From Octopus sinensis (Eukaryota), in NCBI RefSeq assembly GCF_006345805.1, contig NC_042997.1, positions 80,910,001-80,974,000 on the forward strand: a stretch of DNA of 64,000 bases, written 5' to 3'. The position numbers were made by a program, and so were the translations under genes. The notes under the pieces are model-generated. The model was not told the origin of the DNA, did no database searches, and was given only the letters and a program-made list of their open reading frames with translations. The number at the start of each line of letters is the position of its first letter. The first letter of the stretch is position 1. Below, piece by piece: positions 49,020 through 61,861 of the stretch.

Positions 49020-52000
49020 GAAACCATTATTTGTTATGGTGCTAATACCTATCTTGAAAACACTTAGAAAAGTCAACATTGGCAACAAACTAGGTAGAAA
49101 AGAACCTCTGAATCATCTAATTTTCATGGATGACTTAAAGATATTTGGCAAGTCAGAAAAAGAGATCAATTTACTTGCTAAAACAGTAAGTGTGTGTGTT
49201 ATAGTGATATTGAAATGGAGTTTGGTGCATCAAAATATATGATTTTAGTTATGAAGAGAAGGAAGTAAGTACTTTTTAATGGAATAGTTTTATCGGAAAA
49301 AAGATCTTACAATCAAATGACAATGGATGCAAATATCTAAGTATATTGGGACTCAATGTTGTCAAACATTAAACAATGCACATAAAAGAGAGAATATATA
49401 TTTGGAAAGATTAAAGCTTGAATTAAAGCCCAAACTCATTTCAAAGTATTTGACAAATGTTATCAACACATAGGCAATGGGCGTCATATGTTAAAGTGCC
49501 TGAATAGTGAATTGGATGAAAGATGAAGTAAATGCATTTGAGAAAAAAAAACGAGAAAATCTCTAACTAAGCCTGGGGTGCATTATCTTAAGGTAAATGT
49601 CAGTCATTTGTGTATGAAATTGAAGGTAGAAAGAGAGCATGTGGTATTTCTGTTTGTGCGAATAGAGAACAATGATAGGTCACTACTTGCAAAGAGTGAA
49701 GAAAAACTACTCAAACATGGTGCAATAGAACAAGAACTTGCTTGTGTTGAACTAAAAGAGAAAAAATATATCAAAGAAAGGAAATTGCTTGAAGAAGTTA
49801 AATTACATGGATAGTTCCACAGAGATACCATGAATATGAACAATTATGACTCATTATGGAAAGGGATTGGAGTAGAGATTTAAAAAGAGAAACAGAATAT
49901 TTGTTTGCGGCATCAAGCACTAAATACTAAATGAGGATATTTATTACACCACTTCAATGAACAAATGCCATTTATGTAACACAGGTCAACAAAAAGATAA
50001 ATTTTTGAAATGGTGTTGAGACACCAAACATCTTTTTTAGCTAATTTGAGGGTGCTGAAACTGAAAATGACCTTACTTTTTCTTGGTTAGCTACCATTTT
50101 TGCTGTACAGAAATGCCTCGTTTTTTGGGGAAAAAAGCATTTTTTTTCTATTTGCTTTCTGTTTATTTGATATTGATCGATAGCAATATTTCTCAAAGTA
50201 AAATCGTAGAAATCTCTCAATTCATATTTAAACCAACAAATATTGGTCTGCTTATTGAGAAATACTATTTTTGCAATAACAATCAGACCCTAAGTCTTTA
50301 AAAATAACATGATTGAATATATCAAGACCAACATCAAATCATTAAATAAACTAACAGCAGAAATAAAACCTTCATGAACATAAAAACTATGGTAAAAACT
50401 TTTTCTTGATTGTCTGTCAAGTTCAATGTTATTTAAGTCCCTTTTAATACTCCAGCTGTTGTCAGCCATCATTCATTTGTCCCACAGTCTCTGGTAGCAC
50501 TCTTCCATTGTTTTGATATTCTGATGGAATTGTTCGTCTTACTCATCACTCACAATGCAGCATTTATCCGGGAATTGAACCTTAATAATCATATTAGTGC
50601 CTAGGTCCTGTAGACTTTTCAACAACTTTTCCACTAACTCCTTGTAGTTTTCAGCCCAGTGATTGCCTAAGAAGTTTTTCACCATGTCAACAAATGATGT
50701 CCAAGTGTGTAATTCCAAGTCATTCATTGAATTAACAAATTCATCATCCTTAATGAGTTTCCTGATATCAGGACCATCAAACACTCCTGTTTTGAGTTTT
50801 TCAGTGCCAAGTCCTGGAAACAATTTACATATATACTCAAAGCATTTACTTTCTTTGTCAAGTGATTTTACATACTGTTTCATTAATCCCAATTTGATAT
50901 GGAAGGGAGGGAAGATGATTTTTTCTTTCAGAACTAGCACTGCACAAATAACGTTCTTTTCACTGACCTTCAACTCTGAGGTGGCTAATCTTTCCTTTTC
51001 AAGTGCTTTTCTTTTGCTCTTCTGTCCCACATACACCAAAAACATGGAAATTTCATGTAGCCACTTTGTTGACCAAGCAGGAAATTTACCATTTTCAAAT
51101 CAACTCATAACACCCATTTATGTTTGGTGTAGTCAATCTGTTCCATAACCTGTTTGATGGCATCATGTTTTTCTTTCAGTGTTGTTGAATGACCTATAGG
51201 TATTGGCGCATACATGTTGGTATTATGGAGCAAAACACATTTCAAACTACATTCTGAACTATCAATGAACAACCTTCATTCATCAGGATCGTATTTGTGA
51301 ATGTCTAGTCGAAGAAGAACACTCTCAACATCAATGCAATGAACAAGATCTATGTTCTCATTAAAGAATGGTACAAATTCAGCATCCCTATTTCGATAGA
51401 ATGTTACCTTTGTGCCTTTTGCTAACAGGTGTTTTTCACTGAGCCTAGAGGCCAGAAGTTCTGCCAATTCTCTGCTTAGATTTAAGTTGCAAACCAAATC
51501 ATTCAGCTCATTTTGGTTAAACAGCTCTGGCACAGTTTTGGGAACATAGTCAGGATCGTTTTTGCTGTGTCTCTCATTTACATCAGTATCAGACTTATTA
51601 CTTTCAACAAGTTTCAACAAATTTTCATGAAAAACTGGGATCAGCAAATCATCTGAATGCAGCACTGGTCGAATAGCGGAATGAAGACTGGGGTAGTCAA
51701 CAGATCTGCGTTTCTTTTGGTTCAGTCCCACAACACTGACTGAGCAGAAGTAACATTCATCAGAGTGGTTCTTTGGCTCAAGCCAGATCATAGGAATAGC
51801 AAACCTCAGCGATTTTCAGGTACCTGAAGTCCTCTCATGTATTCCAAACATTTCTTGCAAACAATGTGAAGGGCCCATGGTTTTTCCTAATCACAAAGCT
51901 TGACGTGAAAGTAAGCACAATAGGCTTTCTTGTAAAAGTCAGATATCTGTTTCCTGTTGGTTTTTGGTGTGAACTCACTGCATGTATAGCAAAATAAGTT

Positions 52001-53400
52001 GGGATCATTTTTGCATCCTCTCGTTGAAGCCATGTCAATTGATGTCTATCTCTATGATTAAAAAAAGAACATGAGCTGGTTGAGCATTTACATTACACTT
52101 TGCATGTTCACACTTAGGTAATTTGATGTTTCCTAATGTCCTATGGAAAGACTTGTAAAACTGTCAATAACAAAAGACAGAAAGGGTTATTACGCTGATT
52201 CTACTTTGTATCTTCGTAATCCAACGTGGAGGGCAGATGTTATGGTGAAACCATTTTCATGATGTTCATCTTGTACACTGGAATGTCTTTAGTTGGAGTT
52301 TTTTTCCAACTGTAAAAACAATAGCTCTTAATGTGCTTGGTTTCCTTCCATATTGAAAGAATAAAAGAGATGAGATAAATTCACGAATATCAAACAGAAG
52401 ATTTTTGAGTTTCATTTTTTTGAGGTCACCTTAATTATCAGGTTTACTAAAGTGTATTACTGATAAAGTTTATCAGTTAATTTGAAATGTGGCAATAAAT
52501 TGGAAAAAGTTGGTACTTTTATTTTAAAAGTTTTGAATCAAGAACACTTTTTTTCTTACCAAAATAGTTTATTTCAGGTGGCTGACATAAATTGCTCAGC
52601 CTACCTGAAAATTCATGGGTTTCTACTACATTTTTTAACTAAATTTTGTGATCAGCCAAGATCATAAATTGATCTTTTTCCAAAAATGAGCAATTTCTGT
52701 ACAGCAAAAACAGTAGCTAATCATGAAAATCTATGGTTATTTTCGGAATCAGCACCATCAAATTAGTTAAAAAACGTGTTTTGTTTCTCAGCACCGAAAA
52801 TCGTGTTGACCAGTGTAATTAGTGAGTGGAGAATGAGTTACAAAATGATGGCTCAGAAACAATCCAAGTAATGGCATGAGGTTTATTCCAATTTACACCA
52901 ATCATTTTGTAGAAAAACAAAAAGGCTACAACACTTCAGGCAAATGGCACTATCATGTACCAACAAAGGTTCTAAACAAGCCTGGTAAACCAAAGATTCT
53001 ATGAGATTTTGACATCTAGGTAGATAGAATATCTTAGGATAGCTGTCATTATGCTAGACATAATAAAAACAGGCTACCCCATAACAGATAAGGCATTTCC
53101 TTCAGAAAGAAAAAAATGCAGTCAAGAAAGAAGAAAAGATCTCCAAACATGCTGAATTAAAAGTAGAAATATCAAGAATGAGGGGATACACAGCAGCAAA
53201 AATGAATGTCATATCAGTTACCATTGGCACATTAAGTTCAATTCCTCAAAATTATGTTAACTAGAATGTTTGGGCATCAGGACAGACAAGCAAGTACTCC
53301 AAAAATCTCTTCTTCGAACTGCTCATATTTTTAGAAAGGTGCTTGCAGTTTAAGGCCTTTTGTCAAGGCTTAATAGTTATCACAAGGAGGAAAAAGAAAA
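49020..53400 (+). mobile_element. Degraded R4/Dong-like retrotransposon split by the DNA transposon at 49980-52815
   Basis: HLIFMDDLK (49018-49242); KCHLC just before 49980; zinc-knuckle continuation and RLE-type remnants after 52818. Confidence 0.7.
49980..52815 (-). mobile_element. Complete Chapaev3-like (CMC) DNA transposon with pseudogenised transposase
   Basis: ~200-bp imperfect TIRs starting CACAGGTCAAC / CACTGGTCAAC; TAA on both sides (49977-49979, 52816-52818). Transposase from ATG 52033: MASTRGCKNDPNLFCYTC...CKKC, MIWLEPKNHSDECYFC, PPFHIKLGLMKQYVK, GVFDGPDIRKL. Element boundaries are solid; the superfamily name is from motif recall. Confidence 0.75.
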
Positions 53401-53699
53401 TAACAAGAACCAATAATTTATATCTACATTGTGCAATGAAATAATAACAATAATGATGATGATGATGATGAGAACCTTTTCTTGCAGAAAATACAAAGAA
53501 ATATTAGCAAGGGGATTTGCAAAAACAGATTGGAGCAAGATGGGCAAGCTCTACAAAGATTAGAAGGTGGGTAAAATACATTAGGCTGTATAGAAACAGA
53601 CAAATAAAAAATATAAAGCACAGATACTTGCACTGAAGTAAATAAGAAAGTGTAATGAGGTACACAATAATTTAAACAATATATTATTAAAAGGAAATA

Positions 53700-54900
53700 A
53701 AACAAGAAACATTACCAGGTAGATTGGGTCAGAAGACCTTATGTATCTGTCTATTATTTCTAATATTGTTTTCCCATATACTCAAAGGCCCCATTTAATG
53801 CCTACATCTTCTGGACAGAATTGTTGCAGTTCACTAGAGTATCTTTGATTGTTTTGACTTAAACAATCTTTTGCATGCCCCCTATATTCTATAGCTATCT
53901 CTACCTATGTTACTTTTACTTCACCAGAATATTTTTGGAACCACAGATACATAATTTTAACTATAGTAATCTGTTTGATTTTCAAAGGATGAAGATTCCT
54001 TCTTCATCACTTTTATAATTTTTTTGAGGTGTGATATCATTATTGATTTGAAGAAATTTTTCCTCCTCATTTGTTTTAGCTGTTTTGTGTTAACTTCTGT
54101 TTTGAGTTTTTTGTTTTCCTTTTTCTCATTTCGTGTTTCCTTTGACAGTTTATACATTTTCTTCTGCAACCATTATCTCTTCCTTGTCCACAAACAATGG
54201 AGTGGGGCTACTGGTTGCCAGGTTGTTAGGAGATGAAGATTTTGCTTACTTGCTTCTAGAAGTGGGCACAAAGCAATTTCCTCTACCATTCCCGAAGTTT
54301 TGATCAATGGTGCTTTCTTGCTGCTTTGGCTGGTTTTTCATTGCTTTCTTTTATTGTTTTGTTGCTTAATCTTCCAAATTCTTCAAGATGATTGGTTCTG
54401 AAGTGCTTCTTACTGCAACAAACATAGAAACTTGGCTTTTTACCCTGTGCCATCAATCTCATGCTCTTTGTTTAGGTACTCTCAACTGGACACAGTCCCA
54501 GTATAGTTTTGAGGCTTTCATGTCTCACCAGGACTTGCAAATCCATTCTGATGTCCTCTGTCCACATGCCACCTCCTGTCAACCCTTGCTTTCACAACCT
54601 TCCTATACTGCAATAAAAAAATGATTATCAGTAACAAATGCACATCGTTTTTCCATATGTCTTATTACCATCCTTGTATTTCTTTGTCCCATGCACTAGA
54701 GTACAAATGTATATGAGTGGATGGGTGTATATCAAACAATTTCAGCCTGTGTTATAGATGAGTGTTTGGTTTCAAAAGTGCAGCAGATAGGGTCATAACT
54801 TTTATCATTTTCAGTTAAGAAGTTTTCTCCCAAGATGTCCTGGATTCATAATTGTTGTCATAAAGAGAAATCCAGTCCAGTTCCATCTTTTCTAAAGCAA
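53700..54900 (-). mobile_element. Degraded R4/Dong-like fragment (region upstream of RT)
   Basis: Lys/Arg-rich remnant 53957-54169 ending FENQTDYY resembles the RRY...QN.LF..NQ..FY region seen at 55870-56070. Confidence 0.45.
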
Positions 54901-55496
54901 TGATTAATAATTTTTTTCTTGGCTCTTTCTCCTCCACCCAGATCTCCCTATATCCCTCTCTCTCCACCTCTCTCTCTCTTGGATCAGATCATGCAGCAAA
55001 GAAACAGTCTGATTTTATAAAATTCACCCAATTATTTTTTCCTTGGAACTGTCTTAGGTCTAAAATCTATCTTTGTGTTTGCATTGAGGTGGAGCTAGCT
55101 TTAACACAGCTACTGTTTGAGAAATTCAAAGTGTGTAACTGCTGACTGCTGGTGTTATTGTTGTTTTTGTTGTTGTCATTACAGTTAATTGTAGGGCTGT
55201 TTGGACCATTTTTTCCTGTTAATTATTCATTAAAATGTTCATTTCTTTTCACTTTTTGTTCATTCAGTGATAAATTATGTTTTTGTGTTGCTGTACTTCC
55301 CTTATTTGCTAACACAATATTTTGTCTTGTCCTGTGTTTGGTGACCAGTTTGAAAGTGAAAATAAGATAAAACTATTTCTCTTAGGTAATTATTATATTT
55401 TTTTAGCAAGTGCTGTAAAGAAAATTTTATTTGATAGTACTATGAATACAGTTGGGTTTCAGAGCAAAATAAAATATGTGCATGGTTTTAGAGTCA

Positions 55497-55533
<37 letters not shown>

Positions 55534-55589
55534 GAAGAAGAAGAAGAAGAAGAAGAAATAATAATAATAATAATGATGATGATGATGAA

Positions 55590-58215
55590 GTAATGAGTAA
55601 AGAAGTAAGAAAAAGATTGCCAGCATTAAAAGGCACCAACAGAAGGAAGCTGTTAGAAATGACTAGGAAAGTAGTTTCTGTTATCAGTAGGATAGATACT
55701 AAAAATACAGGAGACACTAATTTACTGATCAATGAAAGAGAGGTAGTAGTCACCAGATGATTAGATATCTCTCAGAGAAGGATTAAAAAAGAGCAAATGT
55801 GGTAAAGGAGACAACAAAATAAAGTGAAGACTAAGACAAGATCTCAGTAGAATATAAGCCTGGAAAATGAACAAGTTAAGAAACACAAGATGCAAATCTT
55901 CCCTCGAGAAAAGATACTTAGTCAAAAAGAAAGGATTTGGGACAGTCATAGAAGAGTTGAAACAACATATCATAGCAGTAGCAGGCAAACTCTCCAGATA
56001 TCAGAAAAGAATAGATCAATATCAAGAGGATAGATTATTGAGACAGACCAGAGAAGATTTTATGACAAAATAAATAGTGGAGAAGATAAGAAACCTAATG
56101 CAGAAGAAGCTAGAAAGTTCTGGAGTAATATTTGGGATAAGTCAGTCAATCATAATGAAGATGCAGTATAGTTAAAGAAAGTGAGAGAAGAAGTAGCCAG
56201 ATCTAAGATTACCTAGTGCATTAATGAGTAAAGTGTTAGGAAAAATGCCAAATTAGAAGGGACCAGATTTAGTTCAAGGGTACTGGCTAAAGAAATTTAG
56301 TAGTTTACATAGGAGGCTGAGGGAACAACTTCAAGATTGCCTTAATGGAAGAATAATACTAGATTGGACAACTAGAGGGAGGACAATACTCATCAGGAAT
56401 GATAAGAGACCAATCACTTATTAGTGTGGAAGCTGTTAATAGGAATGCTCTCAGAAAGCATTTACAAGCATCTTGACAACCAACATTCACTGCCAGAAGA
56501 ACAGAAAGGTTGCAGGAAGAAGGATAGAGGAATGCATGGTCTGTTATACATAGACAAAGCAGTTCTAAATGAAGTAAAAGCTAGAAAGAAAAATCTAACA
56601 ATAGCATGGATATATTATAGGAAAGCCTATGACATGATAACACTCATGGATGAGTAAATGTTTGAGCATATTCAGTATAGCAGACAACATAAAAGAATTT
56701 ATTAGCTATTGTCTGAAGAAATGGAAAGTAGATCTCTACTCAGGTGAAATACTCTTAGGAAAGGTTAATATCAAAAGAGGAATTTTCCAGGAGGACTCAT
56801 TGTCCCTTTTAATATTTCTCTTATGTTTGATTTTTCTCAGTTTAGTATTAAGGAAGGCAATGCAGGGTGTCAGTTCAGAAATAGTAAGGGAAAAATTAAT
56901 GAAAAAGAGACAGATTCCTTAATACAGACTGCAAAACACTTCAGCAAAGATATAAGCATGGAATTTGGCATAGATAAGTGTGCAATATTAGTCATGAGAT
57001 GTTGACAGGTAGTCAACAGTGAAGGCATCCAATTACCAGATGGCCAAACATTAAAATCATTGAAAGGAGGAAAGAGTTATAAGCATCTAGAAATATTAGA
57101 ATCTGACAGAGTACTAACTAGAGAAATGGAAATGAAAATTGAGACAGAGTACATCAGAAGGGCGAGGAAGCTAATGGAGTCAAAGCTAAATGGTCTGAAG
57201 GCTGTAAATACTTGAGCAGTATCATTACTTAACAACAGTAGAAGATTGCGTGGAGTTAGCTAGAGTGAATATAGACTCCTATGTAGGTAATAGTGAAGAA
57301 AGTTTATTAAAAGCTGCTAGAGTCACAGCAAAATATAGGGAAACCAAAAACCCAAACGAAGTTAAAAATCAAAAAAAAGAACAGAAATTATCTGACTGGC
57401 AGAAGGCGTCACATGGTAGATTCCCCAGAGCAGTTTCAAGAAATAGTAGTGAGATATGGTTATGGTTGCAGAAAAGAAGGCTGAAGAGCAAGACAGAAAG
57501 TTTGTTAGTAGCAGCATAAGATCAGGCATTAAGGACAAGTAGATTCCCAGTGTAGATTATGCAAATCAAAAGAGAAAAGTGTTACATGGTAAGTAAATGT
57601 AGCATGTTGGCACAAAAAGAATATAAGAAAAGACATAACAATCTAGGGAAAATAATCCACTGGGAGTTATATAGAAAGCTAGGATTTGAACATACTGATG
57701 AATGGTATGACCATGAACCCTAACCCTAACCCTAGCCCTAGTAAAGTACTAGAAAGCAAGAAATATATGATGTTGTGGGACTTCAACATTCATACTGACA
57801 GAGTAATAGAAGCGAGAAGGCCTGATTTGGTAGTAGTAGATAAAGAGAATAGAAAGTGCCAGATAATTGACTTTACAGTCCTAAATGATGAAAAAATTAA
57901 TATGAGAAGTATAGAAAAAATATCAAAATACCAGGATCTAGCTATTGAATCACAGAGACTATGGAAAGTGCAGGTAAAATATATCCCAGTAGTTATAGGT
58001 ACATTAGGAACTATCTTAGATCTGAACACATGGATCGAGGAAATAGGCATAACACTAGTTTAGTACAGCTCCAGAAAACAGTGTTATTAGAGATAGCTAA
58101 GGTTACTTGTTGTAGTAAGATAGGGGGGTTCTTGGCTTCTAAAGTTACTTTTTGTAGCCTGATGTTAGGATTTTTCTTTTCCAACAGTCTAATCTGTTGA
58201 GTGTATTTCAAAATG
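55590..58215 (+). mobile_element. R4/Dong-like retrotransposon, older subfamily
   Basis: EEQKGCRK...LYIDK, AWIYYRKAYD, RGIFQEDSLS, WDFNIHTDRVIEARRPDLVVVD (RLE); flanked by (AAT)n at both ends; many stops. Confidence 0.85.
57716..57738 (-). repeat. Short telomere-like (TTAGGG)n insertion
   Basis: gaaccc-taaccc-taaccc-tagccc-tag interrupts WYDHEP|SKVL of the retrotransposon ORF. Confidence 0.55.
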
Positions 58216-58259
<44 letters not shown>

Positions 58260-58262
<3 letters not shown>

Positions 58263-60341
58263 GGCCTCAGTATGGCTTGGATCGACTACAAAAAGGCGTT
58301 TGATAGCATCCCCCACACATGGATCCTCGAAACACTAGCCATTAACAAAGTAGCACCAACAATTATAAAATTCATAGGGCACTCTATGAATAAATGGCAA
58401 ACAGTGCTACAGCTCCAAACAAAAGAGGGACTCATGAAAACCAAAGCCATCCCATTAGAAGAGGAATATTCCATGGAGACACGCTCTCTCCACTCCTTTT
58501 CTGCTTGGCACTGTCACCTCTATCTGATATGCTAAATAGAACTGGATGCGGATATAAATGTTGCAGCAAAATGATCAGCCACCTTTTATATATGGATGAC
58601 CTAAAACTATACGCTGCAAATGACAAACAGCTGGAAACACTATGAAAGACAGTTCATGGATTTACCAAAGAAATAGATATGAAATTTGGATTAGAAAAAT
58701 GCGCCAAAGTAACCATGAAAAGAGGAAAACTAGTTAAGAGTAGACACATCACACTAGATAAAACCAATGAAATAAAAGAATTAGACCAAAGCCAAACTTA
58801 CAAATACTTAGGAATCCATGAACTAGATAAGACACAAGACACACAAATGAAAGAGAAAATAAAAAAAGAATATTATAGACGAGTTAGATCAATACTAAAA
58901 ACAGAGCTCAATGCTAAAAACAAGATAATAGGTATTAACACTTTAGCTGTCCCAGTTATAAGTTACAGCTACAATATCCTTAACTAGACACTAAATTAAC
59001 TGATCAAAATAGATAGGAAAACAAGAAAAATAATGACAGGATCTAGGATGCATCACCCAAAATCTGACATAGAAAGACTATATATACAACGTATAGAAGG
59101 TGGTAGAGGCCTTATACAGCTGGAAAACTACTATAAAATAACCACCATAGGACTGCAAAAATATCTACTTCAGAAGGAAGGAAAACTGATACAAATAGCG
59201 GCAAAACACGAGCAAAACAAAAAACTGTTCTCAGTATTTAAGGAAGCTGACAAATACTAACAAAAGAAATCATACCACCTAATAAATATGAAGAAGAAGA
59301 AGAGAAGAAGAAGAAGAAGAAGAAGAAGAAGAAGAAGAAGAAGAAGAAGAAGAAGAAGAAGAAGAAGAAGAAGAAGAAGAAGAAGAAGAAGAAGAAGAAG
59401 ATGAAGAAACAACAAAAGCTATAAAACAAATGAAATCCAAACTAAAAATAGAACAGCAACGAACCATGATAAAACGATGGCAAGAAAAGCCCCTTCATGG
59501 TAAATACTGGACTAAACTAAACGCAAAAGAAATAGACAAAGAAAAATCCCAGCAATGGTTGAGAAGCTCAGGACTCAAAGCAGAGACAGAGGGAATTTTA
59601 ATTGCAGCACAAGACCAAAGCCTCCCCACCAGAAATTACCAAAACATGTAATGAAATGAAATATAACAAGTAACTGCAGAATATATGGAGATGGACAAGA
59701 AACAATAAATCATATTATCTCTGGCTGCCCAGTCCTGGCTAAGAAGGAATATATTCACAGACATGACAGAGTTGGAACCTACATACACTGGAAGCTATGC
59801 CAACATTATGGAATAACAACAGAAAAAAGATGGTATAGGCACCAACCAGAAAAGGTCACAGAAAACGAGAAAGCAACCATACTCTGGGATATGCCGATAC
59901 ACACAGATAGAGAAATTAAGGCCAACAGACCAGATATAGTTGTCAGAGATCATGAAGGAAAAAAATGCTTTCTAATTGATGTATCAATACCGGCAGATGA
60001 CAACGTGTCTCTAAAAGAAATGGAGAAACTTTCAAAATACAAAGACCTGGAAATAGAGGTAACCAGAATGTGGAATCTAAAAACAGAAACAATTCCTATC
60101 ATAGTAGGTGCATTAGGCATGATAAAAAAATATTCAGACAAATACATAACAAAAACACCAGGACTTACAAACACATATAACATACAGAAAATTGCACTCC
60201 TAGACACTGCACACATCCTACGCATAACACTTTCCATACAATAACCATCAGAGCATCACAACAAATCACAGCACATACCTAAGGCACACAGAGCTGCGCT
60301 CGGTAATGAAGTGAAAGCACGCTATAAAAATAAAACTACTG
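58260..60341 (+). mobile_element. R4/Dong-like retrotransposon, young copy A (5'-truncated, disrupted)
   Basis: AWIDYKKAFDS, RGIFHGDTLSP, HLLYMDDLK, RPDIVVRD...LIDVSIP; starts and ends in (AAT)n; expanded (GAA)n at ~59290-59400. Confidence 0.92.
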
Positions 60342-60367
60342 AATAATAATAATAATAATAATAATAG

Positions 60368-60580
60368 TCCTTTCTACTAAAAGCACAAGGCCTGAAATTT
60401 TGGGGGAGGAGTAAGTCAGTTACATTGACCCCAGTGTTTCACTAGTAGTTGTTTTATCGATCCTGAAAGGATGAAAGGCAAAGCTGACCTTGGTAGAATT
60501 TGAACTCAGAATGTAAGAATGGACGAAATGTCACTAAGCATTTTGCTAGGCATGCTAACACTTCTGCCAGCTTGCTGCCT

Positions 60581-60582
<2 letters not shown>
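60368..60582 (-). mobile_element. SINE family 2
   Basis: Reverse complement of the 47753-47987 core. Confidence 0.8.
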
Positions 60583-60636
<54 letters not shown>

Positions 60637-60657
60637 ATAATAATAATAATAATAATA

Positions 60658-61210
60658 GTGCTCAGACACTGCAAACTTCCACCAAGGCAACACCAATTAT
60701 CCAGAAATGATTTTTAAAATGAGACTATCTGAAATAAACTTGACTGCTCTCACAAACAAGAATACTAAAAACGAACCCAACTGCTCTCAAAAATTATGTA
60801 AAAATCCGTAAAAATAATCCAGAATCCTTGTCCAGCACCCAATCAATCCCAATGGTAGTCATGGAATGTGAAGGTGGTTGTAGAAAATTTAGTAGCAGTA
60901 ATAATTGTTTATCCTTATCTAATCCAAGCCTAATACTTTAGAAACAGCCTAAATGGAGATAATTGAGAAAGACTTGAAAGTCAACATAAGATCATAATCA
61001 TGTAAAGTAAGTATAACAAATATTCAAGAATCCTTGTCTGGTACTGGATCGATCCCAAAATCTAATCAGTTTGTGCCAGTCACAAGGCCAAACATCCCAG
61101 TAAGTTTCATCTGAATCCATCCAGCAGTTCTTGAGCTATTTTGTCCATGGGCAAACAAACAAACAAACACGACTGAAAGCAATACCTCTGCCTTCGCTAA
61201 GGCAGAGTTA
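60658..61210 (-). mobile_element. Helentron-type (HINE/DINE-1-like) non-autonomous element
   Basis: Minus strand begins ttattaactctgccttagcgaaggcagagg (hairpin at 61186-61207), then (TTTG)n, and ends ccttggtggaagtttgcagtgtctgagcac. This subterminal IR / stem-loop / microsatellite layout is typical of HINEs. Confidence 0.65.
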
Positions 61211-61219
61211 ATAATAATA

Positions 61220-61650
61220 ATGACCACCTGACCAGACATAAGAAATTGGACATTGTTGTGGTGAATTAGAAAGAAAGAACATGTATGATTATCGACATAG
61301 CATGCCCCGGTGACAACAGGATCAATGTGAAAGAAGAGCAAAAAATAAACAACTACAATGATTTAAAATGGTAAATATGAAGGCTGTGGCCAATGAAAAG
61401 AGTAGACATGATACCAATAGTAATTGGTGCACTTGGAAGTATCAGCACTCAACTACCAACATGGCTGAAAAAGATCGAGGCAAGTGTGAAGGTAGAACAC
61501 CTACAAAAATCAGCATTGCTTGGAACTGCAAGAATTCTTTGCAAGGTTCTTGAAGCATGACCAGTAAACAAGTGTTACCTTAGTCTGCTGGCTGTGGACA
61601 GCTGACACTTTCCATCATACCCAGCAAAGTAAGTTGTGAGTTTTCATATA
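61220..61650 (+). mobile_element. 3' end of a third R4/Dong-like subfamily (RLE domain only)
   Basis: K.DIVVVN...CMIIDIACPGD...KINNYNDLK...IPIVIGALG remnants; between (AAT)n tracts. Confidence 0.7.
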
Positions 61651-61782
61651 ATAATAATAACAACAACAACAACAACAACAACAACAATAATAATAATAGT
61701 AGTGGTAGTAATAATGGTTCCAAATTTTAGTACAAAAGGCAAAGTTGACCTTGGTTGAATAGTATTGATAATGATGATGATG

Positions 61783-61824
<42 letters not shown>

Positions 61825-61861
61825 TAATAATAATAATAAGAAGAAGAAGAAGAAGAAGAAG

